Assembly: GCA_964525635.1 (NCBI GenBank)
Contig: CAZGJX010000068.1
Location: 1-23,961, forward strand
Reading direction: 5' to 3'
Source of the DNA: an uncultured archaeon
GTDB lineage: Archaea; Asgardarchaeota; Lokiarchaeia; Sigyniarchaeales; SOKP01
Length of the DNA stretch: 23,961 bases
In this document: piece after piece, positions 1-9,642 of the stretch
Layout of the letters: the number at the start of each line of letters is the position of its first letter
How positions within the stretch are numbered: the stretch's first letter is position 1
The notes under the pieces: generated by a model
Seen by the model: the letters and a program-made list of their open reading frames with translations, nothing else
Databases searched by the model: none
What the model was told of the DNA's origin: nothing
Made by a program: the position numbers and the translations under genes

Positions 1-2001
1 AGAAGCTTCCAGATTCTTTCTGTAAACTAAAATCCTTAGAACAAATTAATTTTATGTATAATCAATTAGGAGAATTACCAGAAAATTTTGGATATTTAAA
101 ATCATTAAAGTTACTTAATTTTGATCCAAATAGAATTAAATCACTCCCTAATTCATTTGGAGAACTAAATTCCTTGGAAACGCTATTTTTATCTAATAAT
201 GATCTAAAAACACTTCCAGAGTCATTTGGAAAACTTTATTCATTAAAAGAATTTGAATTGTTGGAATAATAAGTTATATAAATTACCTGAATCATTTGGA
301 AAACTATCTTCATTACAAAATTTTTATTTACAAGGAAATTTACTCAAAAGTTTACCAGATTCTTTTACAAAATTAAAATCATTAAAAATTTTACGTTTAA
401 ACAACAATAAATTAATAGAATTACCAACTTCTATTGGAGATTTAAATTTACTTATAGATCTTGATTTACGCAAAAATAAATTAGCTATACTTCCAGAATC
501 AATTGGAATGTTAAATAAATTAGAAATGTTATTTTTACAACAAAATAACCTGAAAAATTTACCAAATAATATTGGAAATTTAAAATCATTAAGAATACTC
601 CGTTTGGAAAGAAATAATCTGATTGATATACCTGATTCATTAGGAAACCTAAAAAATCTAAAAGAATTGAATATAAGTGGAAATAAATTAAATTCTTCTT
701 TAGAACAGATTCAAAAACTAAATGCTTTAGAATATTTAAATCTATATGGGAACGATCTTAAGGATATTTCAGCTTTTGCAAGTTATTTACCATATATGAA
801 AGAATTAGATATTACAAGAAATAATATAAAATATTTACCCGAAACTATTGGTACTTTAATCAATTTAAAAATTCTTCTTATGTCAGATAATAAATTAGAC
901 AAATTGCCTGACTCAATTGGAGATATGAGATCATTACAAGTCTTTCGTCTACAAAATAATAAAATAATATATTTACCAGAATCAATTGGGGGATTAGAAA
1001 AACTAGAATCTTTAAATCTAAGAAATAATGAAATATTATCCTTACCTGAATCTTTTGTTTATCTCAAAAATCTTAAATTCTTAGATTTGAAAAATAATAA
1101 TTTAGAAGAATTACCAGAAAGTTTTGGCAATTTAGACTCAATGATCAATATCAGTCTTGAAAGTAATAAATTAAGAATGTTACCAAACTCTTTTGTTGAT
1201 TTAAAATTAGTTAAAATATTAAATTTAAATTTTAATCAATTTGAAAAAATACCTAGTTCGATATGGGGATTAAATAACCTTAGTAAATTACTATTAAAGA
1301 AAAATCCTCTGGATAAAGAGTCACAAGAAATAAGTATGAATTCAATTCAAACAATCTTAGAATTTTGTAGAAAAAAAGCAACTTTACATATTTTTATAAG
1401 CCATGCTGTAGCAGATTTTGAGACCTATAAGGTCGAGAAATTATAAGAATACCTTGAAAAACAAGATGAGATATATCGAGTTTTTTATTGTGAAAGAGAT
1501 ATGGTTGGAGATATTTCAAGATCAATGCAAGACAATATAATGAAAAGTCATTTAATTTTATTTATAGCAACTAATAATTCTTTATATAATTCTACCGACT
1601 GTAATTTTGAGATAGAATTAGCTAGGAGACATAATATTAAAATTATTCCCATAAAAGGAATAGACGTGGGATGGGAGGAGTTAGAAAAACTAGGATTAAA
1701 ACGCACTTTAGGTACTGAATATAATCCTAAACGCTTTGACACTATAGTCCAAAATATTTACGATTATATTAAAAAATTCAAGAGAGAAATAGATCTTTTT
1801 GATAAAGAAAAAGATGTTATTGAACAAAAACTGATGGAATTAAAAGATATATTTGGTATGGTAGTTAATTCAAATGAATTCAAAAATAATTTCATAAAAT
1901 ATTATTCTCAAATTGAAAATATTTTCTCCCATAAGAAAAAAACCTGGAAGGAAAAAGTTAACTTTCTTCATGAAATTTTTAAAAAAATTAATGAATTTTG
2001 A
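1..2001 (+). pseudogene. LRR-TIR protein (at least 19 x 23-aa leucine-rich repeats, TIR domain, C-terminal helical region); 5'-partial; interrupted by a +1 frameshift near 252-254 and an in-frame TAA at 1444-1446
   Basis: The frame is open from base 3 (KLPDSFCKLKSLEQ...). ORFs 54..269 and 253..1446 both consist of LPxSxGxLxxLxxLxLxxNxL repeats, and removing one T at 252-254 restores a perfect 23-aa repeat (LPESFGKLYSLKELNCWNNKLYK). ORF 1501..2001 is in frame with 253..1446. Reading through the TAA gives a continuous TIR domain: LHIFISHAVADF...KL*EYLEKQDEIYRVFYCERDMVGDI...LILFIAT..S..S.DCNFEIELA...IKIIPI. Confidence 0.85.
3..1316 (+). repeat. Degenerate 69-bp coding tandem repeat (23-aa LRR units, about 19 copies visible)
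   Basis: Recurring (T/C)T(A/T)CC(A/T)GA..C starts and an LPES(F/I)GxL consensus at 23-aa spacing; the last unit ends in a capping NPL motif. Confidence 0.9.
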
Positions 2002-2015
2002 ATAAATAAAGATTT

Positions 2016-2426
2016 TTATAATTCAATATTACATTTTGGACATTTTTTCATGAAATTTGTGAGCATCATTCCACAATTAGGACATTTTATAATTAAAGGT
2101 TTACGATAATTAAACTTTAATATATCTGGTCTTGGTTTTTTTGATAATTGAGCTATATAATTGATTCTTCGATCTTCTTTAGATGGTTTTGATCTAAACT
2201 GTGGAAATAATGATAAAATAGATCTTTTTCTTTTTCTCAGTATAAATCCCAATAAAAACAAAAATATAAACAAAGTAATTAAGAAAGCTATAAAAAAAGG
2301 CATTTTATGATGTTCTATGAGATAAATAAAGAGGTATATAAGAATAACAATTAAGATAATTAAAGCTATACTTGTTATTATTTTGTTGGCTCTCTTTCTT
2401 GCTTTAGTCTCTTCTATTTTTAACAC
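2016..2426 (-). CDS. Small membrane protein with two TM helices and a C-terminal CxxC-x10-CxxC zinc ribbon; probably the last gene of the ATPase operon
   Basis: GTG start 10 nt after the atpI stop. Hydrophobic segments IITSIALIILIVILIYLFIYLI and MPFFIAFLITLFIFLFLLGFIL are followed by RKRKR; the C-terminus is CPNCGMMLTNFMKKCPKC. Confidence 0.8.
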   Translation of the reverse strand: MLKIEETKARKRANKIITSIALIILIVILIYLFIYLIEHHKMPFFIAFLITLFIFLFLLGFILRKRKRSILSLFPQFRSKPSKEDRRINYIAQLSKKPRPDILKFNYRKPLIIKCPNCGMMLTNFMKKCPKCNIEL

Positions 2427-2436
2427 CTAAGGATTA

Positions 2437-4704
2437 TTATAAATATTTTTTTGAGATATATTCTTTTGCTTTATTGATAAACTCTTTTGCTTTTTTAGTT
2501 TCAATTTCTTTTTCAATTTCTTCAGTAACAACATCTTTTATCATTTCTGGATTAAAAATAATATTTGAAAATTGTTCTTCTAGTACAAAAGGGTGATAGT
2601 CAATACCAGTTCCCTGAAAGAATTTAAAGAAGAATTCATAAAAATGAAGCCTTAGAGTATTTAAGAATACAATTACACCTTCTAAAAGAATGACCATTAA
2701 ATTTCCAAATATTAAACCGATAACAATTAAGATTTGAACAAGTATACCTCCACCACCAATTATTTCAGCCATTGCCTCTATAGCTACCATTAAGGATATA
2801 TGAGCTAATGCTAAAGCTAATAATCTTATATAGGAAAGCACATTACTCGGAAGGGATAATATTGTCTCAAAAGTATCTAGTGATCCTTCACCTATCAATG
2901 CTCCATAAGATTCTTCCCGCATATAAGATATCCTAAATAATTTTCCTAAGGGTTTAAATAAAATCAATAATAAAGCAGGTATAATTGGTAATAGCACAGG
3001 ATATGGTTCAGATAACCAAGCATCAAGATCTATTCCATAAGCAAACACTAAATAAACACCAAAATCTAAAAATAGGACTTTCATAATTGTTTCTGTAAAA
3101 GCTTTATATTTTTTCTTTTGAATAATGAGATTAAAAAATTGAATTGTCCAACCTAAATTGATATGAAATACGCCGATTAAAATTGTTATCTTAAAAATCG
3201 TCATTACATTATCTAAAGGACTATAAAATTTTACAAACCCTAAAAAAGGTATATAAACTTTAATCGGTTCAAGAGGAATTCCCATTATATCTTGATACCC
3301 AAAAAACTCACCATATAGGAAACCGAATACACAAGCCCATAATCCACAATAAAAAATTATCCATGAAATATTTCTAATATTTTTACGTTTTCTAACGAAT
3401 ATCCCTCCGATTAGACCAGCAATGATCAATATTAAACCATGACCAATATCTCCAAACATAATTCCAAATAATAATGGAAAAGTAATAAATAAAAAAGGTG
3501 TTGGATCGATTTCAGAATAGGATGGTATACCATACATTCTTGTCAATGTTTCAAATGGTCTTATTATTGCATTATGCTTAATTAATGTTGGAGTTTCTTT
3601 TCTTAAATCCGTATATTTTTCCAATTCTTTCTTTTCTGACTTTAAAGCAGGGATTTTTTTTTTGTGATGCTTTTTAATTTTAGGGACTAATTCTTCTTTT
3701 TTGATAACTTGTGCATCAAGGATAATTTTTGATTGATATTTTGTTGCTAAGTCAAATCTAATCCTCTTAACATAAGTAGATGGAATAAAAAATTCTATCA
3801 TTAAACGATTAGAAGCAACATCTATAAATTGGTCTTCTGCCCAATTATATTCTTCAAGACTTATAATAACTTCATTTAAAGCTCCAAATTTAAAAATATT
3901 ATCATTCTTTATTCTCAAAAACTCATTTTGATACTTATTTAAAGTTTTTCCAATATAGTCGATTTCTTTATTAATTCTATCAAAGTTGATACCCTCAGTT
4001 GTCAAATATTTTTTAAGAATAGGAACTTCTTCAGCATGAATAATATTAATTCTTTCTAGAATTTCATTTTCCAAAGATTTTGGATAAACAATAAAAAAAA
4101 CAACTCTATCTCTAGAAATTTTTTCATATTGGTAAACATTCGGCAGATCTGGAGATTTAAAAAGCTCTTTTAAATTAGGGATATTTTTTGAGAATGTGGT
4201 ATATACTTTAAGAATAAAATTTTTAAGATACTTAAAATTGCTTCTATTTAGATTAATTTTAGATAAAAAGGTATATGAGATATTAATAAGATTAATATTT
4301 TCTAATTCAATAGTCACCTTATTTATATATCTTTCCAATTCATTGATACGGTCCATATAGAAGTTTAATTCATCATTAAGGTGATGAATTAATTCATATA
4401 AATCTTTTACAGCAAATTTTTCTCTTTTTTCTTTATCAATTTTTAGTTTTTGAAAATCCAATTGACTTAGATTTAGTTTATTAAATAATTCTAGTAAATT
4501 ATTGTGCAATACATTTATTTCTTGCTTGTGTTTTTCAATTTCTTTCTCTTTTTTCTCTTTCTTTCTTTTAGTTGCTTCTTTTTCATTGATTTCTTCTTTT
4601 ATTCTCGGTTTAATATGAATTATTTTCTCACTTGCAAGATCCATTAATAGACTATCTTTATATTTACTATTAATAAATGCTCTAATTAAGGTCATTTTTG
4701 TCAT
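2437..4704 (-). CDS. atpI: A/V-type ATPase subunit I (a)
   Basis: PT...PFE.LT.MYG.PSY.EIDPTP...FG.MFGD.GHG motif, essential Arg in SYIRLLALALAH, and LRLHFYEFF; 755 aa with a soluble N-half and a membrane C-half. Confidence 0.97.
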   Translation of the reverse strand: MTKMTLIRAFINSKYKDSLLMDLASEKIIHIKPRIKEEINEKEATKRKKEKKEKEIEKHKQEINVLHNNLLELFNKLNLSQLDFQKLKIDKEKREKFAVKDLYELIHHLNDELNFYMDRINELERYINKVTIELENINLINISYTFLSKINLNRSNFKYLKNFILKVYTTFSKNIPNLKELFKSPDLPNVYQYEKISRDRVVFFIVYPKSLENEILERINIIHAEEVPILKKYLTTEGINFDRINKEIDYIGKTLNKYQNEFLRIKNDNIFKFGALNEVIISLEEYNWAEDQFIDVASNRLMIEFFIPSTYVKRIRFDLATKYQSKIILDAQVIKKEELVPKIKKHHKKKIPALKSEKKELEKYTDLRKETPTLIKHNAIIRPFETLTRMYGIPSYSEIDPTPFLFITFPLLFGIMFGDIGHGLILIIAGLIGGIFVRKRKNIRNISWIIFYCGLWACVFGFLYGEFFGYQDIMGIPLEPIKVYIPFLGFVKFYSPLDNVMTIFKITILIGVFHINLGWTIQFFNLIIQKKKYKAFTETIMKVLFLDFGVYLVFAYGIDLDAWLSEPYPVLLPIIPALLLILFKPLGKLFRISYMREESYGALIGEGSLDTFETILSLPSNVLSYIRLLALALAHISLMVAIEAMAEIIGGGGILVQILIVIGLIFGNLMVILLEGVIVFLNTLRLHFYEFFFKFFQGTGIDYHPFVLEEQFSNIIFNPEMIKDVVTEEIEKEIETKKAKEFINKAKEYISKKYL

Positions 4705-4723
4705 CTAAATATACCACATCATT

Positions 4724-5371
4724 TTATTCATTATTTTTTATTAAATCTTTTGTTTTTTTAAGGCTAATAAAATTTTCCCTATCCATCTCTTCTAATATTT
4801 TTTCTATATTTTTAATATCTGCTTCAATTTGAGGTTTAATGATATTTTTAAGCCCCTGTATCCTTCTGTTGATTTTTTGAAAATTAAAAGCATATCTTAT
4901 CATTAAATCTTCATATTCAGCAAGGTACATTAATTCTCCAAAGAATTTTTTCAATAGAATCATTAAATCATCAAGATATTTACTAGTACTTGCAAGTGAA
5001 TAGGGGGGTAGTTTCTTAAGTTGTTCTAATTCAAATTCTATATTTGGAACAAGAATTCCTTTTTTTTTTATGATCTTTAGATTTATATGGGGAGAATATT
5101 GAATTTTTCCAATTTGACCGATTAAAATAACACTATTTTTACCTTGGTCCATATAAGTTTGATTTAATTTTAACATTACTTTTTTAAATAGATTATAATA
5201 GTTCTTTCTCTGCTTTTTATATAATTCCCAAATTTCTCTTATTTCTTGTATTAATTCTGTTCTTTTATAATCTAGGAATTCTTTTCCTTTTTCAACAAAT
5301 AATAATCTTTTATTTAATTTTAGTAAATTAGTTTTTGTAGGTTTTATTTTTCTAAAGCTAATTAATATCAA
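4724..5371 (-). CDS. atpD: A/V-type ATPase subunit D (central stalk)
   Basis: IKPTKTNLLKL...G.EFLD.KR..L and INRRIQGLKNIIKP...ILEEMDRENFISLKKTK motifs; directly downstream of atpB. The start is uncertain (TTG at 5371 or ATT at 5362). Confidence 0.93.
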   Translation of the reverse strand: MILISFRKIKPTKTNLLKLNKRLLFVEKGKEFLDYKRTELIQEIREIWELYKKQRKNYYNLFKKVMLKLNQTYMDQGKNSVILIGQIGKIQYSPHINLKIIKKKGILVPNIEFELEQLKKLPPYSLASTSKYLDDLMILLKKFFGELMYLAEYEDLMIRYAFNFQKINRRIQGLKNIIKPQIEADIKNIEKILEEMDRENFISLKKTKDLIKNNE

Positions 5372-6756
5372 CCTCTTCGATAATATTGATTAATATGATT
5401 TGTATGAATTCTATTTAATTTATTTTGAGGTAAAATAGAGAGAACTTTCCAAGCGATATCAAGAGTTTCTTGAAAACTTCTATTTTCTTCAAGACTTTGA
5501 TTTAAAAAATTGTTTTCAAAGGCCTCTGCAAATTCTAATAAGGAGTGTTGTTCAATATTTAGACTATCTTCACCAACTATCGATACTAGATCTCTTATAT
5601 CTAACGCTTGTGAATATGATGAAATTAATTGCGAACTTATATCTGCATGATCTTCTCTAGTTGTTTCTTTTCCAATTGCATCTTTCATTAATCTAGAGAG
5701 ACTAGCTAAAACTTGAAAAGGAGGATATATTTCTTTTTTTTGAAGATCTCTACTTAATACGATTTGGCCGTCTGTAATATAACCCGTAGTATCAGGGATA
5801 ACATGAGTTATATCGTCATTGGGCATAGTTAATATTGGAATTTGTGTAATTGATCCTTTTGAATCATTAGTTAAACCAGTTCGCTCATAAATTCTAGCAA
5901 AATCGGTATATATATGCCCAGGATACCCTTTTCTACTTGGGATTTCCTCTTTAGCTAAACATAATTCTCTTAATGCTTCAGCATAATTGGTGATATCAAT
6001 TAAAACAACAAGAACATGCATATTCTTATTAAAGGCAAAATATTCAGCAGTTGTAAGAGCAACATGAGGTATAATTAATCTTTCCATTACTGGATCATCA
6101 GCAAAGTTGATGAATGAAATGATATTTTGTATATTGCCACTCATTTTAAATTTTTCAATAAAAGAAATAGCCTCATCATGGATGATACCAATTCCGCAGA
6201 ATATTATTAGAAAGGGTTCCTTTGTAAATACTGTTGCTTGAGTTACAATTTGGGCTGCTAATTCATTATGTGAAATTCCTTGTCCGCTAAATATAGGAAG
6301 TTTTTGTCCTCGAATTAATGTAAATAATCCATCAATTCCAGAGATTCCCGTTTGGATTACGTTATTTGGATATCTTCTGCTATATGGATTTATTGGCATC
6401 CCATTTATATCTCTTTTTACTTCAGGGATTATATCTATATCCAATATTTTTTTTGTTTCAATATCAATAGGTTTTCCTAATGAGTTAAAAGTACCACCCA
6501 ACATATCTTTTGAAATGTTTAGTTTAAAAGTATCATTTGTAAAAAATAATTCCGCATTCGTTGGAGAGATCCCTTTAGTATCTTCGAATACTTCAACTAA
6601 AATTATTTTCTCATCTATTTTTACAACCTGCCCATTTCTGATTTCACCATCTTTCATAATGATTTTTACAATTTCCCCATAATGAACGTCGTGTTTATTT
6701 TCTAGAAAAAGTAAAGGTCCAATTATCTGATTAATTTTGCTATAACTTACAGTCAT
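5368..6756 (-). CDS. atpB: A/V-type ATPase subunit B (non-catalytic), divergent
   Basis: QTGISGID, RGQKLPIFSG, NYAEALRE, PSRKGYPG, GSITQIPILTMPNDDITH and SLSRLM (Arg finger). Confidence 0.97.
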   Translation of the reverse strand: MTVSYSKINQIIGPLLFLENKHDVHYGEIVKIIMKDGEIRNGQVVKIDEKIILVEVFEDTKGISPTNAELFFTNDTFKLNISKDMLGGTFNSLGKPIDIETKKILDIDIIPEVKRDINGMPINPYSRRYPNNVIQTGISGIDGLFTLIRGQKLPIFSGQGISHNELAAQIVTQATVFTKEPFLIIFCGIGIIHDEAISFIEKFKMSGNIQNIISFINFADDPVMERLIIPHVALTTAEYFAFNKNMHVLVVLIDITNYAEALRELCLAKEEIPSRKGYPGHIYTDFARIYERTGLTNDSKGSITQIPILTMPNDDITHVIPDTTGYITDGQIVLSRDLQKKEIYPPFQVLASLSRLMKDAIGKETTREDHADISSQLISSYSQALDIRDLVSIVGEDSLNIEQHSLLEFAEAFENNFLNQSLEENRSFQETLDIAWKVLSILPQNKLNRIHTNHINQYYRRG

Positions 6757-8588
6757 TATTTACCAACCACACCATGTATTCTTTTTAAAGAGTTTAACTC
6801 ATCTATTAATCTATTTTTGATCTTTTCTATTTTTATGATTTCATCATTTTGAATTGTATTTTTAATTCTTAAAATATCTTCAATTATATTAAAAGTTCTT
6901 ATATCCTTAATTAAAAACTCTTCTTTTATGAGATTTTTGGATTCTTTATATAATAACAATATAATTTTAACTAAAGCAATAATTTTTGTTGGGTTTGTAA
7001 AAGTATCGATGTTATCAAACGCATTTTGAATTAATATAGCTTCTTTAATTAAATCTGCTATAAACAAATCTAGTTGTTGGTCTTCAGGTAAGTTTTCCTC
7101 TCCAACTAATTGGGTCATATTTTTTAATTCATTTTCTCTAGATAAAATTTCATTTATTTGAGATCTACATTCAAACCAATCTAAATCTATTTCTGACCAA
7201 TTTATATCAATTTTACTCCACCATTCCCGAATATATCTGGGATAGTTAGAATAAGACTCAAGCCAGTTTACTGCTGGATAATGTTTTTCATAAGCTAGTT
7301 CAGCATCTAACGCCCAAAAAGTTTGAACAAATCTTTTAGTGTTAGATGTTATTGGTTCACTAAAATCTCCTGCGGGAGGAGAAACAGAACCAATTACAGT
7401 CAATGAGCCAATCTTATTATGTTTTAAATTATCATTTCCTATGGTTTCTACTATTCCAGCTCTTTCATAAAAACTAGAAAGTCTTGATGGTAAATATGCA
7501 GGATACCCTCCTTCTGCAGGCATTTCCTCTAATAATCCAGAAATCTCCCTCAATGCTTCAGCCCAACGAGAGGTGCTATCTGCTTGAAGGGTTACATCAT
7601 ACCCCATATCTCTAAAATATTCTGCTATGGTTATTCCCGAAAAAATACTTGATTCGCGAGCAGATACAGGCATATTTGAAGTGTTTGCAATCAAAACAAT
7701 TCTCTCTAATAGAGGTCTTTTAGTTCTAGGGTCGATTAATTTTCCAAATTGTTGTAATACGTCTGCTATCTCATTCCCTCTTTCTCCACAACCTATAAAT
7801 ATTACTATATCAGCATTACACCATTTAGCCAAGTTTTGTTGTATCACCGTTTTTCCCGTCCCAAATCCCCCCGGAACTGCTACCGTACCTCCTTTCGCGA
7901 TTGGGAATAATAAATCTATAACTCTTTGTCCGGTGATTAAAGGTTCTTCAGGAGTCAATTTTTTATAATAAGGTCTGCTTTTGGTTACTGGCCATTTTTG
8001 TATCATATTAAATGTTTTTTCATTGTCTTGTATCTTTATTTTATATAAATCTTCTGAAACTGTATATTCTCCTTCTTTTTGGATAAATGTTAACTTTCCT
8101 CTTATGTTAGGATGTACTAAAATATAATGAATGATAGTGGATGTTTCTTCAATAGTACCAATAACATCTCCAGCATTTAATTCATCTTCCACTTTTTTTA
8201 ATGGTTTGAAATGCCATTTTTTATCCCGTGAAAGAGCAGGAATATTAATTCCTCTTTTTAAGAAGCATGTTTTTTCAATCTCATATATTTTATCAAGAGG
8301 CCGTTGAATTCCATCAAATACATTTGATAATAATCCAGGACCTAATTCCATAGATAATGGTTCTTCTAGATAAACAACTTCTTCATATAATTTTAAATAA
8401 TCGGTATTCTCAAAACATTGAACAACAATTCTATCTGAATAAATTTGAATAATTTCTCCTATGATATTTGAATTAGAAATTTTAATTAAATCATGTAATC
8501 TAACTATTTTTTCAAGTCCTTTAACATTTATCAATGAACCATTTATTCCAGAAATATAACCTATTTTTGAAGATTTAGATTTTGTCAT
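6756..8588 (-). CDS. atpA: A/V-type ATPase subunit A (catalytic)
   Basis: P-loop GGFGTGKT, GCGERGNE, ANTSNMPV, ADSTSRWAEALREISG, EEMPAEGGYPAYL and SPPAGDFSEP; 610 aa, no intein. Confidence 0.99.
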   Translation of the reverse strand: MTKSKSSKIGYISGINGSLINVKGLEKIVRLHDLIKISNSNIIGEIIQIYSDRIVVQCFENTDYLKLYEEVVYLEEPLSMELGPGLLSNVFDGIQRPLDKIYEIEKTCFLKRGINIPALSRDKKWHFKPLKKVEDELNAGDVIGTIEETSTIIHYILVHPNIRGKLTFIQKEGEYTVSEDLYKIKIQDNEKTFNMIQKWPVTKSRPYYKKLTPEEPLITGQRVIDLLFPIAKGGTVAVPGGFGTGKTVIQQNLAKWCNADIVIFIGCGERGNEIADVLQQFGKLIDPRTKRPLLERIVLIANTSNMPVSARESSIFSGITIAEYFRDMGYDVTLQADSTSRWAEALREISGLLEEMPAEGGYPAYLPSRLSSFYERAGIVETIGNDNLKHNKIGSLTVIGSVSPPAGDFSEPITSNTKRFVQTFWALDAELAYEKHYPAVNWLESYSNYPRYIREWWSKIDINWSEIDLDWFECRSQINEILSRENELKNMTQLVGEENLPEDQQLDLFIADLIKEAILIQNAFDNIDTFTNPTKIIALVKIILLLYKESKNLIKEEFLIKDIRTFNIIEDILRIKNTIQNDEIIKIEKIKNRLIDELNSLKRIHGVVGK

Positions 8589-9282
8589 ATTTAATCAAAT
8601 GATTTTTAATTTCTTCTTTTTTTTTATTAACAAATAATTCAAATTCCTTCTGTAAATCTTTTATCTCAGAATCTGGTATTAGCTCAGAAAATTGAATCTC
8701 AATAAGATCCCGGTTCTCATAAATGATGCTAGATAAATTGTAATTAAAAGTAATTTCTCCATCATTTTCTTGTAAAATAAAACCTCCTAAAGTAATTTGA
8801 TTGCTAATTTCTTTTTTTCCTTTTTTTTTTGTAATTTTCTCTATAATTTCTGAATTTTTGTTTAAATATGCATAATCTCTCTCATTAAAATAAAGAATAG
8901 AGTTTTTTAACATATTTTTGTTATTTCTATAAACTTGACTAATAGAATCCAATAGATATTGAGAATAACCCGAATAATTTTTTTCTATTCTTTTTTTTAA
9001 TTCATTCTGTAAATCGATAATGCATTCATTAATCAATTTATTTTTGAATCTTAAAATTCTCTCTTTACTATTTAAAAGAGTTGATGATAAATTTGTGTTT
9101 AATTCTTTATTAAATTGATTTAAATAATTTTTTTTCAACTTTTGAGATTTATTTTCGAAATTATCACTATTTTTTTTTTTTATTTCAGCTTTCAGAAAAA
9201 GCATTTGTTGATTTTTTTCTTTAATTTCTTTCTTTGCTTTTTCTATTAAATAAATTCCTAGTTCTCCAAATTGTGTTTTCAA
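8575..9282 (-). CDS. atpE: A/V-type ATPase subunit E (peripheral stalk)
   Basis: N-terminal coiled coil plus C-terminal globular motif TLGGFILQENDGEITFNYNL; immediately upstream of atpA. TTG start at 9282; an in-frame ATT at 9300 is an alternative. Confidence 0.85.
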   Translation of the reverse strand: MKTQFGELGIYLIEKAKKEIKEKNQQMLFLKAEIKKKNSDNFENKSQKLKKNYLNQFNKELNTNLSSTLLNSKERILRFKNKLINECIIDLQNELKKRIEKNYSGYSQYLLDSISQVYRNNKNMLKNSILYFNERDYAYLNKNSEIIEKITKKKGKKEISNQITLGGFILQENDGEITFNYNLSSIIYENRDLIEIQFSELIPDSEIKDLQKEFELFVNKKKEEIKNHLIKYDKI

Positions 9283-9312
9283 TTTTTTTTTTTCAGGAAT
9301 CTTCTATCACAT

Positions 9313-9642
9313 CTAAATTAATAATTTTCCAATTGTTTTGTATATTTTCTTTAAAAAAATACTTTTTTCGTCTATTTCTTTTTGAAACAATCTAGGTAAT
9401 AAGAAAATGAATGGTCGAATATGATTTAATTTAAAATTAAGTAGATAATTGATGATATTCTCAGGTAAGTCCATTGAAATAAAAATAATACTAATTGAAG
9501 GATTATTTATCAACTTATTAAAAATATCTATAAATTCATTATGAGAACTTATAGTTGTTCCCTCTATTCCTAACAAGGACATTAATATTGTGATTTCATT
9601 ATAACCAATTATATGGATTTTTTGCTGTTCACTTTTAGAAAT
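9313..9642 (-). CDS. atpF: A/V-type ATPase subunit F (N-terminus extends upstream of the ORF-track ATG at 9582)
   Basis: LLGIEG...SIIFI...RPFIFLLP...IYKTIG motifs. The frame is open 20 codons upstream of 9582 and encodes the subunit-F first strand (ISKSEQQKIHIIGYNEITIL). The exact start is uncertain. Confidence 0.85.
   Translation of the reverse strand: MSKSEQQKIHIIGYNEITILMSLLGIEGTTISSHNEFIDIFNKLINNPSISIIFISMDLPENIINYLLNFKLNHIRPFIFLLPRLFQKEIDEKSIFLKKIYKTIGKLLI

Noticed and set aside
1444-1446. TAA reassigned as a sense codon (alternative genetic code)
   Set aside because: TAA terminates many intact genes in this window (atpI, atpA, atpH, pncA, both ABC genes); a single in-frame case does not support recoding.
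1548-1742. 64-aa minus-strand ORF
   Set aside because: Antisense shadow of the TIR coding region.
7627-7968. 113-aa plus-strand ORF
   Set aside because: Antisense shadow of the conserved atpA core.
6756-8588. Intein in atpA
   Set aside because: Length is 610 aa and the motifs around GKT and GCGERGNE are uninterrupted.
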